Shown: piece after piece, positions 24,542 through 36,181 of the stretch | How the letters are laid out: each line of letters opens with the position of its first letter | Position numbering within the stretch: position 1 is the first letter of the stretch | Assembly: GCA_008632985.1 (NCBI GenBank) | Contig: QPGO01000085.1 | Coordinates: 62,001 to 126,000, forward strand | Length of the DNA: 64,000 nt | Origin: Psammoneis japonica | Lineage: Eukaryota | Direction: 5' to 3' | The notes under the pieces: generated by a model | Told to the model about the DNA's origin: nothing | The model's database searches: none | What the model saw: only the letters and a program-made list of their open reading frames with translations | Translations under genes and position numbers: made by a program

Positions 24542-25597
24542 CTAACCGGCATGGCGGACTACTCTGTTGCTCTGATGAAGGAAAGAGCTGGGAGATTCGG
24601 ACTTGAAGGTCACAACCATCATTCCATAATATGTGACGTTTCGATTGGCAATGAGATTTGATTGATATCTGATCCCACTCGTTCTGTTACCGTACAGTGC
24701 ACCGTGAAGCATGACAATGCCTGTAAAGCCACAGCTCATCGCCTCATCCTGTAGGCTTTTGCCCGTCCGCAACAAGCAATCCTCATTCTTTATAGGATCT
24801 GTTGCCCATCTTCCTAGAGCGTGGTCAAAGGCACTGCTTGCGTTGGAATATCCGTAGGGTCCACTTGGCAAATGGGTGTGAGACAAATCCGATGAAATAA
24901 CCATTGCGATTCTTTCGCTTTGGGCGTTGGCCCACTTTGCCATTCGATTACCAACAGTCAACAATTCTGGAACCATACTGATAGAGTCATTGTAGCGTCG
25001 AAGAGGATGAGACCAAATTATAAATCGCCGTGGCTCTTGCTGATTCGAATCACGAGGTGGAATCATCAAGAGCGGAATCACCTCTCCCCAACGCAGTTCC
25101 ATGTCTTCTGAATCTGCAAAGTTCATAATGCCAGATACATTCATATGCTCTTGCTCAAGCGTCATCAAGAGATCGTTCGACATTAATTGATGTAGCGGAA
25201 TTCGAGGCAGATGGACTCTTCGACTGGTACGATTGTCGTGCATGTCTTGGCCAATCGAAGCAAAGCCACTCGCGTGCGAGTTTAGGTAGAGAGCAAAATC
25301 GTTGGTCAGCTCCTGACCGTGTGGAGTTGAAAGAATAATAATTTCTGGGTCAAGATTGTTCGCAAGCCAATGTCCCGCATATCTTGCAGCCTTGGCAATT
25401 TCGTCAGCCGCACGACGCTCCTTGGTATTTGGTTGAACCAGCGTTGGATCCCATGCAAAATCGCCATGAGGCAAAATCAATCCGCCAACCAACTCTCCCT
25501 CCACCAGCGGGGCAATCCAGATCAAAAGCAGCAAACTAGTAACAACTACAAGAGGGAAAGCATCCCATAAGAATAACGTTGTAATGATTCGGCTCAT
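24542..25597 (-). CDS. Secreted LigB/Memo-fold (class III extradiol dioxygenase-like) protein
   Basis: Signal-like N-terminus, GGLILPHG, IILSTPHG, ISSDLSH and YYGMMV motifs. Confidence 0.75.
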   Translation of the reverse strand: MSRIITTLFLWDAFPLVVVTSLLLLIWIAPLVEGELVGGLILPHGDFAWDPTLVQPNTKERRAADEIAKAARYAGHWLANNLDPEIIILSTPHGQELTNDFALYLNSHASGFASIGQDMHDNRTSRRVHLPRIPLHQLMSNDLLMTLEQEHMNVSGIMNFADSEDMELRWGEVIPLLMIPPRDSNQQEPRRFIIWSHPLRRYNDSISMVPELLTVGNRMAKWANAQSERIAMVISSDLSHTHLPSGPYGYSNASSAFDHALGRWATDPIKNEDCLLRTGKSLQDEAMSCGFTGIVMLHGALYGNRTSGIRYQSNLIANRNVTYYGMMVVTFKSESPSSFLHQSNRVVRHAG

Positions 25598-25628
25598 CGC
25601 TTGACGGACTTGGATTTGATTTCATTCA

Positions 25629-26959
25629 GGCACGTTCCCACCCCGATAATTTCGGCCGTAAAATAAATATAATTTCGTTCTACACAAAATTCCTGTAGAA
25701 ACTCTCGTACAAGAAAAATCGCACGTCTGTTTTCCATCCTTCAATTTACATCCGTAATTATCAGCAAATTACGACGACAGGTGTCGGTCGTCGTAAATTC
25801 TCTCCCGTAAATATAATTTTCACGGTAAATTCGGCGTTTTGGGAGCTCGAACGTGCCACGTCACAAGCTCCCCATTTTTCTTTCTCCGCTCCGATCGCAC
25901 AACAACCATGATGGCTGCTGCGATGAACGGACCCGTTCATACACGAACGACCGTCCTGTCTACGAAGGTAAGAATATAGAGATAGGTTAATAATACTACG
26001 CTTGATGCGATCAAGTTGTCAGAATTATGATTTTTCGTTGTTGTTGTGGCTTATGACGACCGTGTCGACTAACAGTATTTTTGATGTCTTTGTTTCTCTT
26101 GTTCAGATTTCGCGTTGGGATTCTTCACAAACCATACGTCTACAGACTTGAGGTCGAATCTTCATAGCAACATATGATCTGATGTTACATTGAGGGGGTT
26201 CTTTGGTGCATGCTCGAGGTTGTTACTTGATGGACTGTCAAGAGTCAAGAATGCAAGAATTTTGGTCACGTCGACGACAACAGCAAGGCTTGTGCTCCGT
26301 TTTGATGGAACATGACTATGAAGAAGGCTGTGTGCACTCATTTCATTAATCTTGTCGTAAGTTTGGACAATGATGCTGGTGGGGGTCAATGTTTTGCACA
26401 CCGTCGTTGGCTCCATTGTCTGCAGCCCTTCTGTTGCTCTTTGAAATGGATTTAGGCCATTGGTAAACCGCAAGAGTTAAGAACAGTGCCTTTTAGCACC
26501 TAACATTCTGTAGAAATTTCATTTAATAGTTTTGCATGCTGTGGTCTTACTGCATGCCAATGTTTCGTGCTTTTTCATGCTCGCTCTGCAACTCTTGCTA
26601 TCAACAGAGGATTGAATGTTGGTGTGTTTCTTCTGTCCTTCACTGGTGTTATCATTAGTCTTGGGTTACCGTAGAGCAATCGCAAAATGGACAACGATTG
26701 TCCCTGACAATGTTATGGTGACTCTCTAGTCCTAATAGCTAGCAGCTCTCTAGAGCTAGCTACTACTAGCAGTAGAGAGTAGTAGTGTAAACAGTGCTGT
26801 AGCGTGGTACTGTAGCGTGTAGCGTCCTCACCGAGCTCGACATGAGATTTTGATCTTTTTTACCGATCGAATCCGTTCCCAGCCTGACGCCCGTAAATAC
26901 GTAAATTTGGCCAAATTATATTTATTTTACGGCCGAAATTATCAGGGTGGGAACGTGCC
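25629..26959. mobile_element. Non-autonomous PIF/Harbinger-like DNA transposon, 1331 bp
   Basis: 47-bp TIRs GGCACGTTCCCACCC(C/T)GATAATTTCGGCCGTAAAATAAATATAATTT at 25629-25675 and 26913-26959 (one mismatch). A 3-bp TCA duplication flanks them at 25626-25628 and 26960-26962. No transposase ORF. Confidence 0.88.
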
Positions 26960-27271
26960 TCAATCTGCTGTGCCCCTCTTTGTCAGGCAGGACGTGCCAT
27001 TGGAGGGAATTTCCGAGGAATTTCGATTTTTGCTGTCGGAGGGAACTTTTTGAAATTGTGGCGCGACTTCAACGTGTCAAAAGATCCTGCGATCGTAGAA
27101 ATCTACGTAGAATTTGGTACTCCTACCAACTACGAAGCACCCGCCGAGTGACAGGAAATGCTGTTGAGCTGACTCTTTGTGTTCGTTTGATCGTTCATTT
27201 TCCCTTGTGGCGGTCCATCAACAAATTAGAGAGAGAGTCACTTTTTTGTTTTCTATTCATAGTTGGAAAAA

Positions 27272-28368
27272 ATGAAGTCAATACCTTTGCTTTTTGTGGT
27301 TTCATCATGCCCATTGACCGTTTCGGGCTTTCTTCCGATGACAACACTTTCATCGTGCAGATCGAGTCAGAGAGTCGATGTTTCCTCACAAATGAAACAA
27401 CAGGTAAACAACGAAGACGATGACGCAGCAGACAACGCATCGTCACGACGAAAATTCCTGCAGACGGGTTTGGTTACTGCCGCTTCGTGCGGAGCTTGGA
27501 GCCGACAAGCTTCAGCCGCAGACTTTTTTTCTGGACTGAAACTACCTGGTCAAGGCGGCGGTGGTGGCGTAACTGGTGATGATCCCAAGAATAAGAAACG
27601 ATTGGGTGGAGTTGTCAATAAGATTCGAGACAATGTAGGACATGTAATGGTACGCTTAGAAATGGGATTTTTTAGAGTGTTTTCTTTCGTCTTTGTTGAC
27701 TGACTCACAATTTTCTGTGCTGATTTCTTGTTCTTTCTGTTGTTGTTCTTGATTCGCAACAACAGGATGAGTTGCAAAGAGATTTAATGCAAGAGCGTTG
27801 GGACTTGGTGGAAACGTATCCAGCACAACTTCGAAGCTATGTGCCAGTCTTTACAACGTATACGGATTCGGCGTTCCCCTCGGACATTCCCACCGACAAG
27901 GGTTTGCGAATTGCGCTGCGATATGAAGTTGGTAGGTTCTTTGCAGCTTTGGAACGTTTTCGGCAAGCGGCATCTCGTAAAGCCCTGGATGAAGCGTACG
28001 TTGCGTACGGAGATATGAGTTTGCATTTGGATCGATACATGCGAGTTGGAGGGATTTACACCTATTATGATGATACCATTACCAATGAACCGTACTTTGC
28101 CGGAATTAGTGAGCGTGACTTGGTGTATGCCGATCCCAAAAAGGATCCCGCCTTGGTTCGAGACTTGATCGTCTTGTGCAAGGGACCCGACAAGGGTAAG
28201 ACGGGTATTGTGATTGCACTGTCTCCCGACGATGGATCAAATACGTGCATTGTCAAGTTGGACCGTATCAAGGGCATGAGAGAAATCAAAGTTGTCCCAC
28301 GAAATTGGGTAGCAAAGAGACTTGGTGAACAAGATCCTGACGATGTCTTTCTTATTCCGCGATCATAG
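27272..28368 (+). CDS. Plastid (probably thylakoid-lumen) protein with a PsbQ-like helical region and C-terminal KOW-like motif; intron 27650..27765
   Basis: Signal peptide with VSG-FLP cleavage motif, twin-arginine SRRKFLQTGL..ASA, in-frame GT-AG splice, and VLCKGPDKGKTGIV KOW pattern. Confidence 0.65.
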
Positions 28369-28512
28369 CAAAAGACTTATTCATCATAAGGTATAGGAAT
28401 ATATTCCCGTTCTCGCGTTGCTTGGTGGTTAGGAATAGAAGCGCAGGTGCTTTGTTATTGAACTTGCCATCAGCAACAAGCCCTCTGGTCTACTATAACT
28501 GTAGGTCAAATA

Positions 28513-29361
28513 CTACAGTAACAGGCTATCGCAATCCGTCATTAGTGCAATTGTTGACAATCGCAACCACAAGCGACGTCGGAGCACGTCGGCTGCATCC
28601 TGTTCGAGTAGGGTCGTGTCGTCCTCGACATGAAACCACGGAACACGCAACACCCGTTTACCATCTTGCCACTCGAGGGTCAAGAGAGCCACTCCAGCAA
28701 GTGTACCATCGACTTTGTGCTCCTTGTCGTCGCTATTGCCATTGCTACTATTAGTATGCGCCAAAATACCAAACACGGCCGGCGGCGTCCGCTCTTCGTT
28801 TCCAAAGCCGTCGGCGAGCCACATTACAAGTGGATCTTCTTCTGGCTGCCTCTGCCGTTCTAGTGAGTCTTGAGTACCTTCATCCTTGTCGTCTTGAGTT
28901 TCCTCTTTGGAATCCTCTTTTGCATTCCGTTTTGTTTTGCGATACCACGATGCCAACCGAGCGGCGTCTCCAGAGTGTGCGCGACGAAACTGCACCCACG
29001 TACCCTCCTCCCCATTACCGCCCAACGACAAGAACTCCTTTTCTTCAGTGTTTCCCGTCATGACTGTCTGCAGCGCTGTCTCTAAATCCAACACCGTTCT
29101 CGGCGGTTCATTTGCAACTGGATTCGATGGAGGTGTTTCAACTTGCGCTTCGGATGCGACTGAAGCGGTCTTGGTCTCGTCGTTCGCACACGTGTCTGAT
29201 CGCACAGTATTGGTACTCTGGTTTTTCTTTGTCTGGTGGTTACAGGGCTTTTTCGATCTTTCCTCCTTACTGTCAGTTTGTCGTCGGCCTTTTGATTTCG
29301 TCAAAGAATTATTGTCGTCTTTGGGAAAATTGCGTTTCTTGCGGACATCGTCGTCTGCCAT
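28513..29361 (-). CDS. Hypothetical protein, charged low-complexity N-terminus and possible GNAT-like C-terminal fold
   Basis: 282-aa ORF from MADDDVRKK. FRRAHSGDAARLA and LAGVALL segments resemble GNAT strands. Confidence 0.55.
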   Translation of the reverse strand: MADDDVRKKRNFPKDDNNSLTKSKGRRQTDSKEERSKKPCNHQTKKNQSTNTVRSDTCANDETKTASVASEAQVETPPSNPVANEPPRTVLDLETALQTVMTGNTEEKEFLSLGGNGEEGTWVQFRRAHSGDAARLASWYRKTKRNAKEDSKEETQDDKDEGTQDSLERQRQPEEDPLVMWLADGFGNEERTPPAVFGILAHTNSSNGNSDDKEHKVDGTLAGVALLTLEWQDGKRVLRVPWFHVEDDTTLLEQDAADVLRRRLWLRLSTIALMTDCDSLLL

Positions 29362-30397
29362 TGTTTTGTTTTCAATCTGTAATGATTCTTTGTAAGGACC
29401 AATATGATGTCGGGTGTCAGTCGGATACAGCGTTGGAGTGCTTGGAAGGTGATTACAGTACTGCTGCACAGCGGCTTCTTATGCCATGGGCCATGGGCAA
29501 GGGATAACATATTGTGGAGGTAGCCGGAAAGAATACAACTCTGGGTGCAACTGTGTAGGTTCTAGTACTTTTCCTACGTTGTAGGTTGAGAACTCGAGCA
29601 TCACCAGTGAAGCACAGACACCGACTTCCGCTACATCAACCTGCAGCACCCTCCAAGACGCGCAGCGGCGAAGACAACCACAAAAGAAAAAGATCGCGAC
29701 AATGGCCTACTTTGCGTCGCTGATATCTATATCTATTTTTGCCGTATTTTCCCGTTTCTTTTCGCAGTATTCGGAGCTTTTATACAAGGAATATGATGGG
29801 CTAGTGGAGCTGGCGTTGAATTCATTCCATCGAGGCGGATTTGTCGCTGAAGGTACCACACAGAAATTGTGAGAATTGAGCATCAACATGACGGATTTTT
29901 GTGATATTGTAATGCATCTTTGGTGTTGTTTCTCACTTCTTGTCATTATTTTGACGTTTGTGATATAAGGTGTCTATAGGGCTTGGTTTTATTCCGTACT
30001 GACTTGCTCCTCGGAACTTATCGTTGAATAATCAAAATTGCGTTTCAATTGGATTTGATGATCAAGAGTTGGCGGCGGTGATGTCTAAACATCCCTTTGG
30101 CCGATATTCGCGGTTCTTGTTTCATTTTCAACGGTACTTCTACAATGAATCCGACAGGCCTGGTTTTATTGTGCAAAATTTCATTCCATAGAGATGGATT
30201 TATTGGATGTCGATTGACACCCAAATGCTGCTTCAATTGGAAGGGACGCTACAGTAATGTTTTGGATTGAAATAGGAAGAATGAAGACCTAGACATGTAT
30301 GACATGTAACATGAATATTAAATATGGTATGTAATACAAACAAACATGAACTGACATGGAATGCAATCGCCATCTGACCCCTTCTTTCTTTCTACCA

Positions 30398-32353
30398 CTA
30401 AACCTGCAGCAATGGACTCAGACGGTTGTTGCGCTTGTCGTGTTTCAATGCATTGATAATCTGAGTCACTGGTTTTGCTGCACCATAAACCTGATACACG
30501 CGATCACAAGCTACCTGGGCACTCAATCCAGCTCGGACAAGCCCAGCCACCACGTCCCATAGAACCTTCCTTCTGTGGTACTTGTGCTTGACTCGACCGC
30601 GCTCCTCTCTGGTAAAGTCTCGTGCTGCTTTCCTGCCACCAATTCCATTCTCATACTCTTGCCACAGAATGTGAACAGTCCTTGGATTAGGGCTCAGGGT
30701 GCTCTCATAAGGGACGTGATTTGGATTATTATTGTTGTTTGCACCTTGCTGAGGCGGGACGTTTCCTGCCGCTTGTTGGTTACCCTCTTGGTTTCGTACA
30801 ACTCTAAATGCCGGCTGGGAAGCAAGGCGTCGCATGTTGCGTTCTACATTTGCAAGTCGGCGCTCCAGCTGTGCATGACGATCATCGGAGCTGGCTTTGA
30901 GCTCCTCCACGATGCGACGCAATGACCTCACCTCGGAGTGCATCGCGAGCAATAGATTTCGATCGGCAAGCCCGCGGCCGGCTGCGACGCCCCCATTCTG
31001 AGCGCCATTCCCCCCATCATCAACATCCACCACTTCATTGAAATATACCTCGGCATCTTCACCAGTCACCACCATCAATACTTTTTTAATTGGGTTCTCG
31101 CCAATCGGCAGTTGACGCACTCCATTGTATGCTTGGAGAATGCGCTCTCTCAGATGTTGCGGAAGGTACTCGCTTTCCTCTGAAAAAGCAAACCACAGCA
31201 GTGCTTTCCCAAGCACCAAAGCAATCTCAGAACCAAATTTGTTGTTTATTGCCGGCACTACATGCTCCAATAAAAAATCATTTGAAACTCCAGCGCCCTC
31301 CTTGACAATGTATTTGCACGGGCCTCCAACACAGAGTGCCGAGGCAACCTTGGCATCCGGCCATGGCAACTCTACATCATCATACAAATCCGATATGCGC
31401 TTGGATATTTTCCAACGGCCACGATAGTCCTTCTCGTCTTTTTGGCACCCGTTTTTGCGGGCACGCGTTGAGCCATGTTTTCTGTTGCTGTGCCCTTTGG
31501 TGCTTCCTGTTGCAGCAACAAATTCTGGATGAATGTGTGCTTCGTTTGCGAGTATCTTGGTGACTGCATCCTTCACCTTTTCTCCTCCTTCTGGCACACG
31601 AAGGTCATCGGTTAATCCAAAAATGTAAGGTGTACGTTCTGCGGCACCTCCTGCACCATGGAACACTTCTAGCCAAATTGCCAAGCCAAGCAAAGAACAA
31701 AACTGTGGGTCCATTGCCCCAATGAGAATTTGGTTTGGGGCATCTCTTTCTTCCAGACAGTTCTTTGACCAATTTAGCCTTGCCCGTAGCGTAAAGTCAT
31801 TGGCTGGATGGGGGGTGAAATTCTCATTGAGGAACTGCGTGCAATCGTCGATTCGACCAATCATGTGAACCTGAAACCGGAACAAGCTTGGCATGAGACA
31901 CTTTCGCAGCATGGAATTGGTCTGGTTTTCCTCGAGTATTTTGATTTGAGCCCGGTACTCCTCGTCTTTCAATGGTCGTCTCTTTTTTGACGGCGCACCC
32001 CTGTTCCGAGTTTCCTCTTTCTTGACCTTTTTGATGAGTTCGTTTACGTCGGTTGATCGTGTCGGGTTGCCTTGGTTTGATTGAACATTCCACGGCATCA
32101 ACCGGTTTGGCATGTAGCTGGAAATCGCCTTCTTCCAGTATTCCAACGAACTTGACCTTGCTTGCTTGGGCAAGTCGTCATCGCCTGGTTCGGGCGTTCC
32201 ATGCGCCTTTAGATTCATCCACCGCTTGACATCGTCGGGGGTCATTTGAAGCAGCCTCTGGTTGGTGAACTCTTGTTCACACTGATAAGTCACCCCATCA
32301 AGAAATGACATGAGTGCTATCAAGGTTGGCTTGTAATCATTTTTAGACGGCAT
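30398..32353 (-). mobile_element. Crypton-type (stramenopile CryptonS-like) tyrosine recombinase with C-terminal GCR1_C-like DNA-binding region, intact 651-aa ORF
   Basis: YR catalytic set in order: GRIDD (R), WSKN (K), GHSNRK (HxxR), GRWK (W), DLYDD (Y). N-terminal GNPTRS motif, a coiled coil, and TVHILWQEYENGIGG..RRKVLWD C-terminus. Intronless. Confidence 0.85.
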
Positions 32354-32792
32354 GGTCTTCGTTGTATTGTTGCATAAATCGATCAGAAACGCGACGTACC
32401 ATGCAACAAATCGGTTGTTTCAATACGGAAAAAACTCCCGTGCTTCCTCCAAAAAAACACGGAAGGTACGGTTGCTGAAGAGGGGGTAACGGTCAGTACA
32501 ATGTGTAGAATTCAACGGGGAAATACTACGGAATACAACATGGGTTGTATTCCCGGGATAATGTGAGTGTACGGTATCGTGAAGGCAGGAGCTCGTGGCT
32601 CGTGGGTGATAATAGTGTCACAAACCACAAACCCCAAACAAAAACACAGGTAAATTCGAGCTCGTGGCCAGTACAATCTACGTACAGACAGTACCGCTGC
32701 GGTGATGGGCATGCATAGCAGCGACAAGCGCAAAAAGACAACCATGACGAGCACCGTCGGACGCAACGCGTCTAAGGATAGTGTAGCGTCGG

Positions 32793-32867
32793 TCTCCACT
32801 TGCCCATTTCAAGAAGATGATTCATAATGCACTGAATCATCTGTGGTTGAAAATGGGCAAGTGGAGA
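32793..32867. repeat. 75-bp imperfect palindrome/hairpin
   Basis: tctccacttgcccattt (32793-32809) is the exact reverse complement of aaatgggcaagtggaga (32851-32867). There is an inner stem agatgattca/tgaatcatct. Confidence 0.85.
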
Positions 32868-33040
32868 TAAAAAACTTAGGAAAAAAAAAACAGAAACTGA
32901 GAGGCATCTTTTCTGTCGCGGTGTGTAAACCTCCGTCAACATTGGCGTCTACAGTATTCTCTGGCAAAAGTCCTTCTGTCAGCAGTTTCAGTTTGTGTGT
33001 CTGACTTCGGCGAAAAAAGTTGATGGATGAAGTCGTCCGC

Positions 33041-33118
33041 TCTAGTTGCTCTTGGCTTAGTAGCTAGAACCTAACATTCTAGTTGCTCTTGGCTTAGTAG
33101 GTACTAGAACCTAACATT
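33041..33118. repeat. Two-copy tandem repeat of 37-40 bp
   Basis: ctagttgctcttggcttagtag(gta)ctagaacctaacatt occurs twice in tandem. Confidence 0.85.
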
Positions 33119-33169
33119 CCCCTGTCGTTCTGTTCTCCATTGCTTAGTCTCTATATCCCAGAATCAAAA

Positions 33170-35509
33170 CTAATCCAAGTTGATGACTTCTGGGTGACTC
33201 TGCTTTGCACGCTTCGAACTGCTCCAGTCTTGTTGAGGGCCATCGTTCGGCCGTTTACGTCCCCCGTCGCCACCGCTGGAGTATCGCTTTTTGGTTTCAT
33301 CCATGAGAAACCACGTTCCATTGGTCATGAATTTGACCCGATCCCGAGCCGCATGTGCCTGGGTGGCATATTGCGCCAAGACATTTTCGTACAAGCCGCA
33401 ATGTTGCAAATCGCGCAACGAGACAAACTCCTCGCACACGGCACACCGCCATCGACCACCGCTGACCCATTCATTGGTTTCGATGTAATTCTTCAAATCA
33501 AAGCATTGAAAATGCTTGCAGCGTAATCCCCGAACCGGTGTTCGAATAAGCGTCTTGGACATGGGACAAATGAGTGAAAACGTCAAGGCATTGTCCGACG
33601 CCTTGTCTGCGGTCGAGCCGTCGTCATCTAAAAGAAAAAACGTAGATCGATTGATGCATTCAATAGCCCGATCTATAGAGTCCTTGAGGGACAAACGATG
33701 CACCGATTTGGTCTTTACAACATCGACGAGAGAATCGACAGAAACGTATCGGCAGAGCGCGATGCAAAAGGCATAGTCCTCTGTGTCATATGCGCAAAGA
33801 CTGATTTTGCATGTATCGTGGAAATTGTGAATCAGCGATGTCAGATTCAGCGCATGGCTGTTGCCTTTCCACAAGGACGAGTCATGGGACTGCTGCCTTC
33901 GCAAATGGCGAATGCCAACGGGAAGACAATTGACCTGTACAAAGATTCCCTTGGGCCACAAGTGAGTGTCGGCACGTTTCTTCTTTTCCTTTTTCCCCGG
34001 AGACCGCAACGGAAGCATACGCAAGAGTACACGGAGTTCGCCATGTTTGGGACTAGCAGTTTGCTTTACGCCCCATCCCTTGACTTGCCGCACTAAATCT
34101 TTGGGCAAGTCCTTGGACGGACAAAAGCTGACTTCTGCAGCAGTCACGGGTTTCTCTCCCGTACTAATTGCGTTGGCTACAGCGGGAAAGTGGCTGTGAA
34201 TCTTGCTCGTACGTCCCATGATTAGCGGCTGACAGGTCCCCCAAAAGGGATCCCACTTGACGAGTCGAGAGAAAACCTGCTTTTCCTCATCACGTGTCAA
34301 GGATTGAGGCGTAAAGGACACTCCCATGGCAGATCGCCCATTACAAGCGCCCGATAGAAATGGCTTTTTTAGATCTTCTGCAAATATTACTTCTCGTACT
34401 GGCTGCTTGTGCTCTGAAGGTTGAAATGCTTTTGAAGGTTCAGCGAGTGTCGGAGTCGGTGCACGTGCCGATGAAAGCTGATTCGACACGCGGCCCTGTT
34501 TTGGACGCCGCATCTCTGTTTGACGCCGTAGCGCTCAAGACGACACCCATGCTAGAATTAGAAGAAGTCGAAACGTCAGTCGACGGCGGTAGAGTGCCTA
34601 GTGTCTCTTCCAAGTGAAGATTGTCTTCTGAAAGTGTCGATGGGTCGGTATGCTGTTGTTGTTGCTGCTGCGGCGGCGGATCCTGCTGACCTCGCGCGGC
34701 TGCTAATTGAGCTGCTTGTCCCGCAGTAAGAGGCGCAGTGATTGCCGGAGCTCTGCCGTTTTGGATGATGCGGCTTTGATGCAGAGAGGCGGTTTGTTGC
34801 TCAGGTCGCTTAGACGGCTCATTTACCGCTGCAACGCTGTCGAATGATGTCGTCGCAGTGTGTTGTTGCTGGTTGTTTTGAGGGTTGGAAGCGGCAACAA
34901 TTTCGCCATTTCTTATTCCTTTTCCAATTCCTGTAGTCTTTCTCGCCGCAATTTTCTTTTTTCGAAAGGCCTTTCCTTATTCAATGTTGGGTGCGCGATC
35001 TGCCTGGGATCAGGAAGATGTCCATTCTCCATGTCTGAAGAATGTTGATTTGTCCCGTCATTATTACTATTATTTGTCTAGAAATTCTTGGTCCCCAACG
35101 AGAAGTCTTATTCGTTGCTGAGGACATTTCTGTATTCTCATTTGCAATTTCCGTATTCATTGGCATTGTCTCGTCATCAGAGGTGCTCGCTGCGGCGACA
35201 AGCTTGTCTGTTTTGCCAAGAGGCTCTTGACTGTGTTCCATGCGTGTCGCCGTTTCTTTGAGTGAACTGTGGTATCTAAGATCTAAATAAATACTGCTGC
35301 ATTATATAACCGAACCGCTCGTGAGGATCGGTGGCCGTTGGTGGCGGCAAGTCTCCCTTTTTCAGGAGTGGCTCGACGATTTCTTGAATGTCTTTGGAAT
35401 TGATTTGGGACAATTCTTTTGTTCTTTTTGAATATATGCGCGTCCATATTTCAATGTCCTCTTGTGGAGCGGACGATGGAGCTGATAATTCATCGCATTG
35501 CTGGTCCAT
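33170..35509 (-). CDS. SP-RING (zf-MIZ) E3 SUMO ligase, PIAS/SIZ-like; 5' part interrupted by frameshifts or introns
   Basis: FSLICPMSKTLIRTPVRGLRCKHFQCFD..WRCAVC SP-RING, PINIT-like WPKGIFVQVN, and a terminal SIM-like EVINLD. Upstream ORF pieces 35276..35509 and 34981..35241 are assumed to belong to it. Confidence 0.8.
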
Positions 35510-36181
35510 GACGACGCTAAAAACAACGCCATGGGAACAGGGAACAGGAGGTGTGTGCGGTGATGATCTCTCTTCGTGTGGTGGTTGGTGGTCGTCGCCA
35601 CCGTTGCTGTCTCATCAGAGTCGGTCTTGCGTGTGAGCGACACACCCGCATTATTTGTCGGACAAACGTGCTTGCAAAAGAAAAATTGAATGAATCCTCC
35701 GACTGGAGCGGAAGGACGGATGGGCCTGACATCATGCTTTGTGCGCGCGGTCGGTCCGCATCCGTACAAATATTCCAGCTACGGAGTTGTATATCGTTCT
35801 GTGGAGTATCGCTCGGACAAACCAATGACACCATGTGATAGACCGACAGAAACGACAAGGATATATGCATAAGTGATAGTAAATTGTATATTTTTCTTAA
35901 TACGGGATTATTTAAAATGCAAAACCCGCAACACAAAATTTTGCGATAGGAAACTTGATCGTTTAACGGTAAAATACCGTTTTCGTTAATAAATGAGTCG
36001 AAAAGCGTTACACGAGAAAAAAACGGACGTGGCAGGCGGAGGGCGTTTCCCGCTCAAAATCCCAATCGCCTTCACTTTCCCGCAGAAAATCGTCTCACTT
36101 TTTCTTCTTTGCTGGGTCGACCAAGCTCCTTTCGTACATTACAACCAAAACGTAAAGCAGAAAAGAAAAGTTTATCCAACC

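Noticed and set aside
30186..30327. TATGG/CCATA pentamers as Crypton termini
   Set aside because: I found no matching pentamer in direct orientation at the other end, and a 5-mer is expected by chance.
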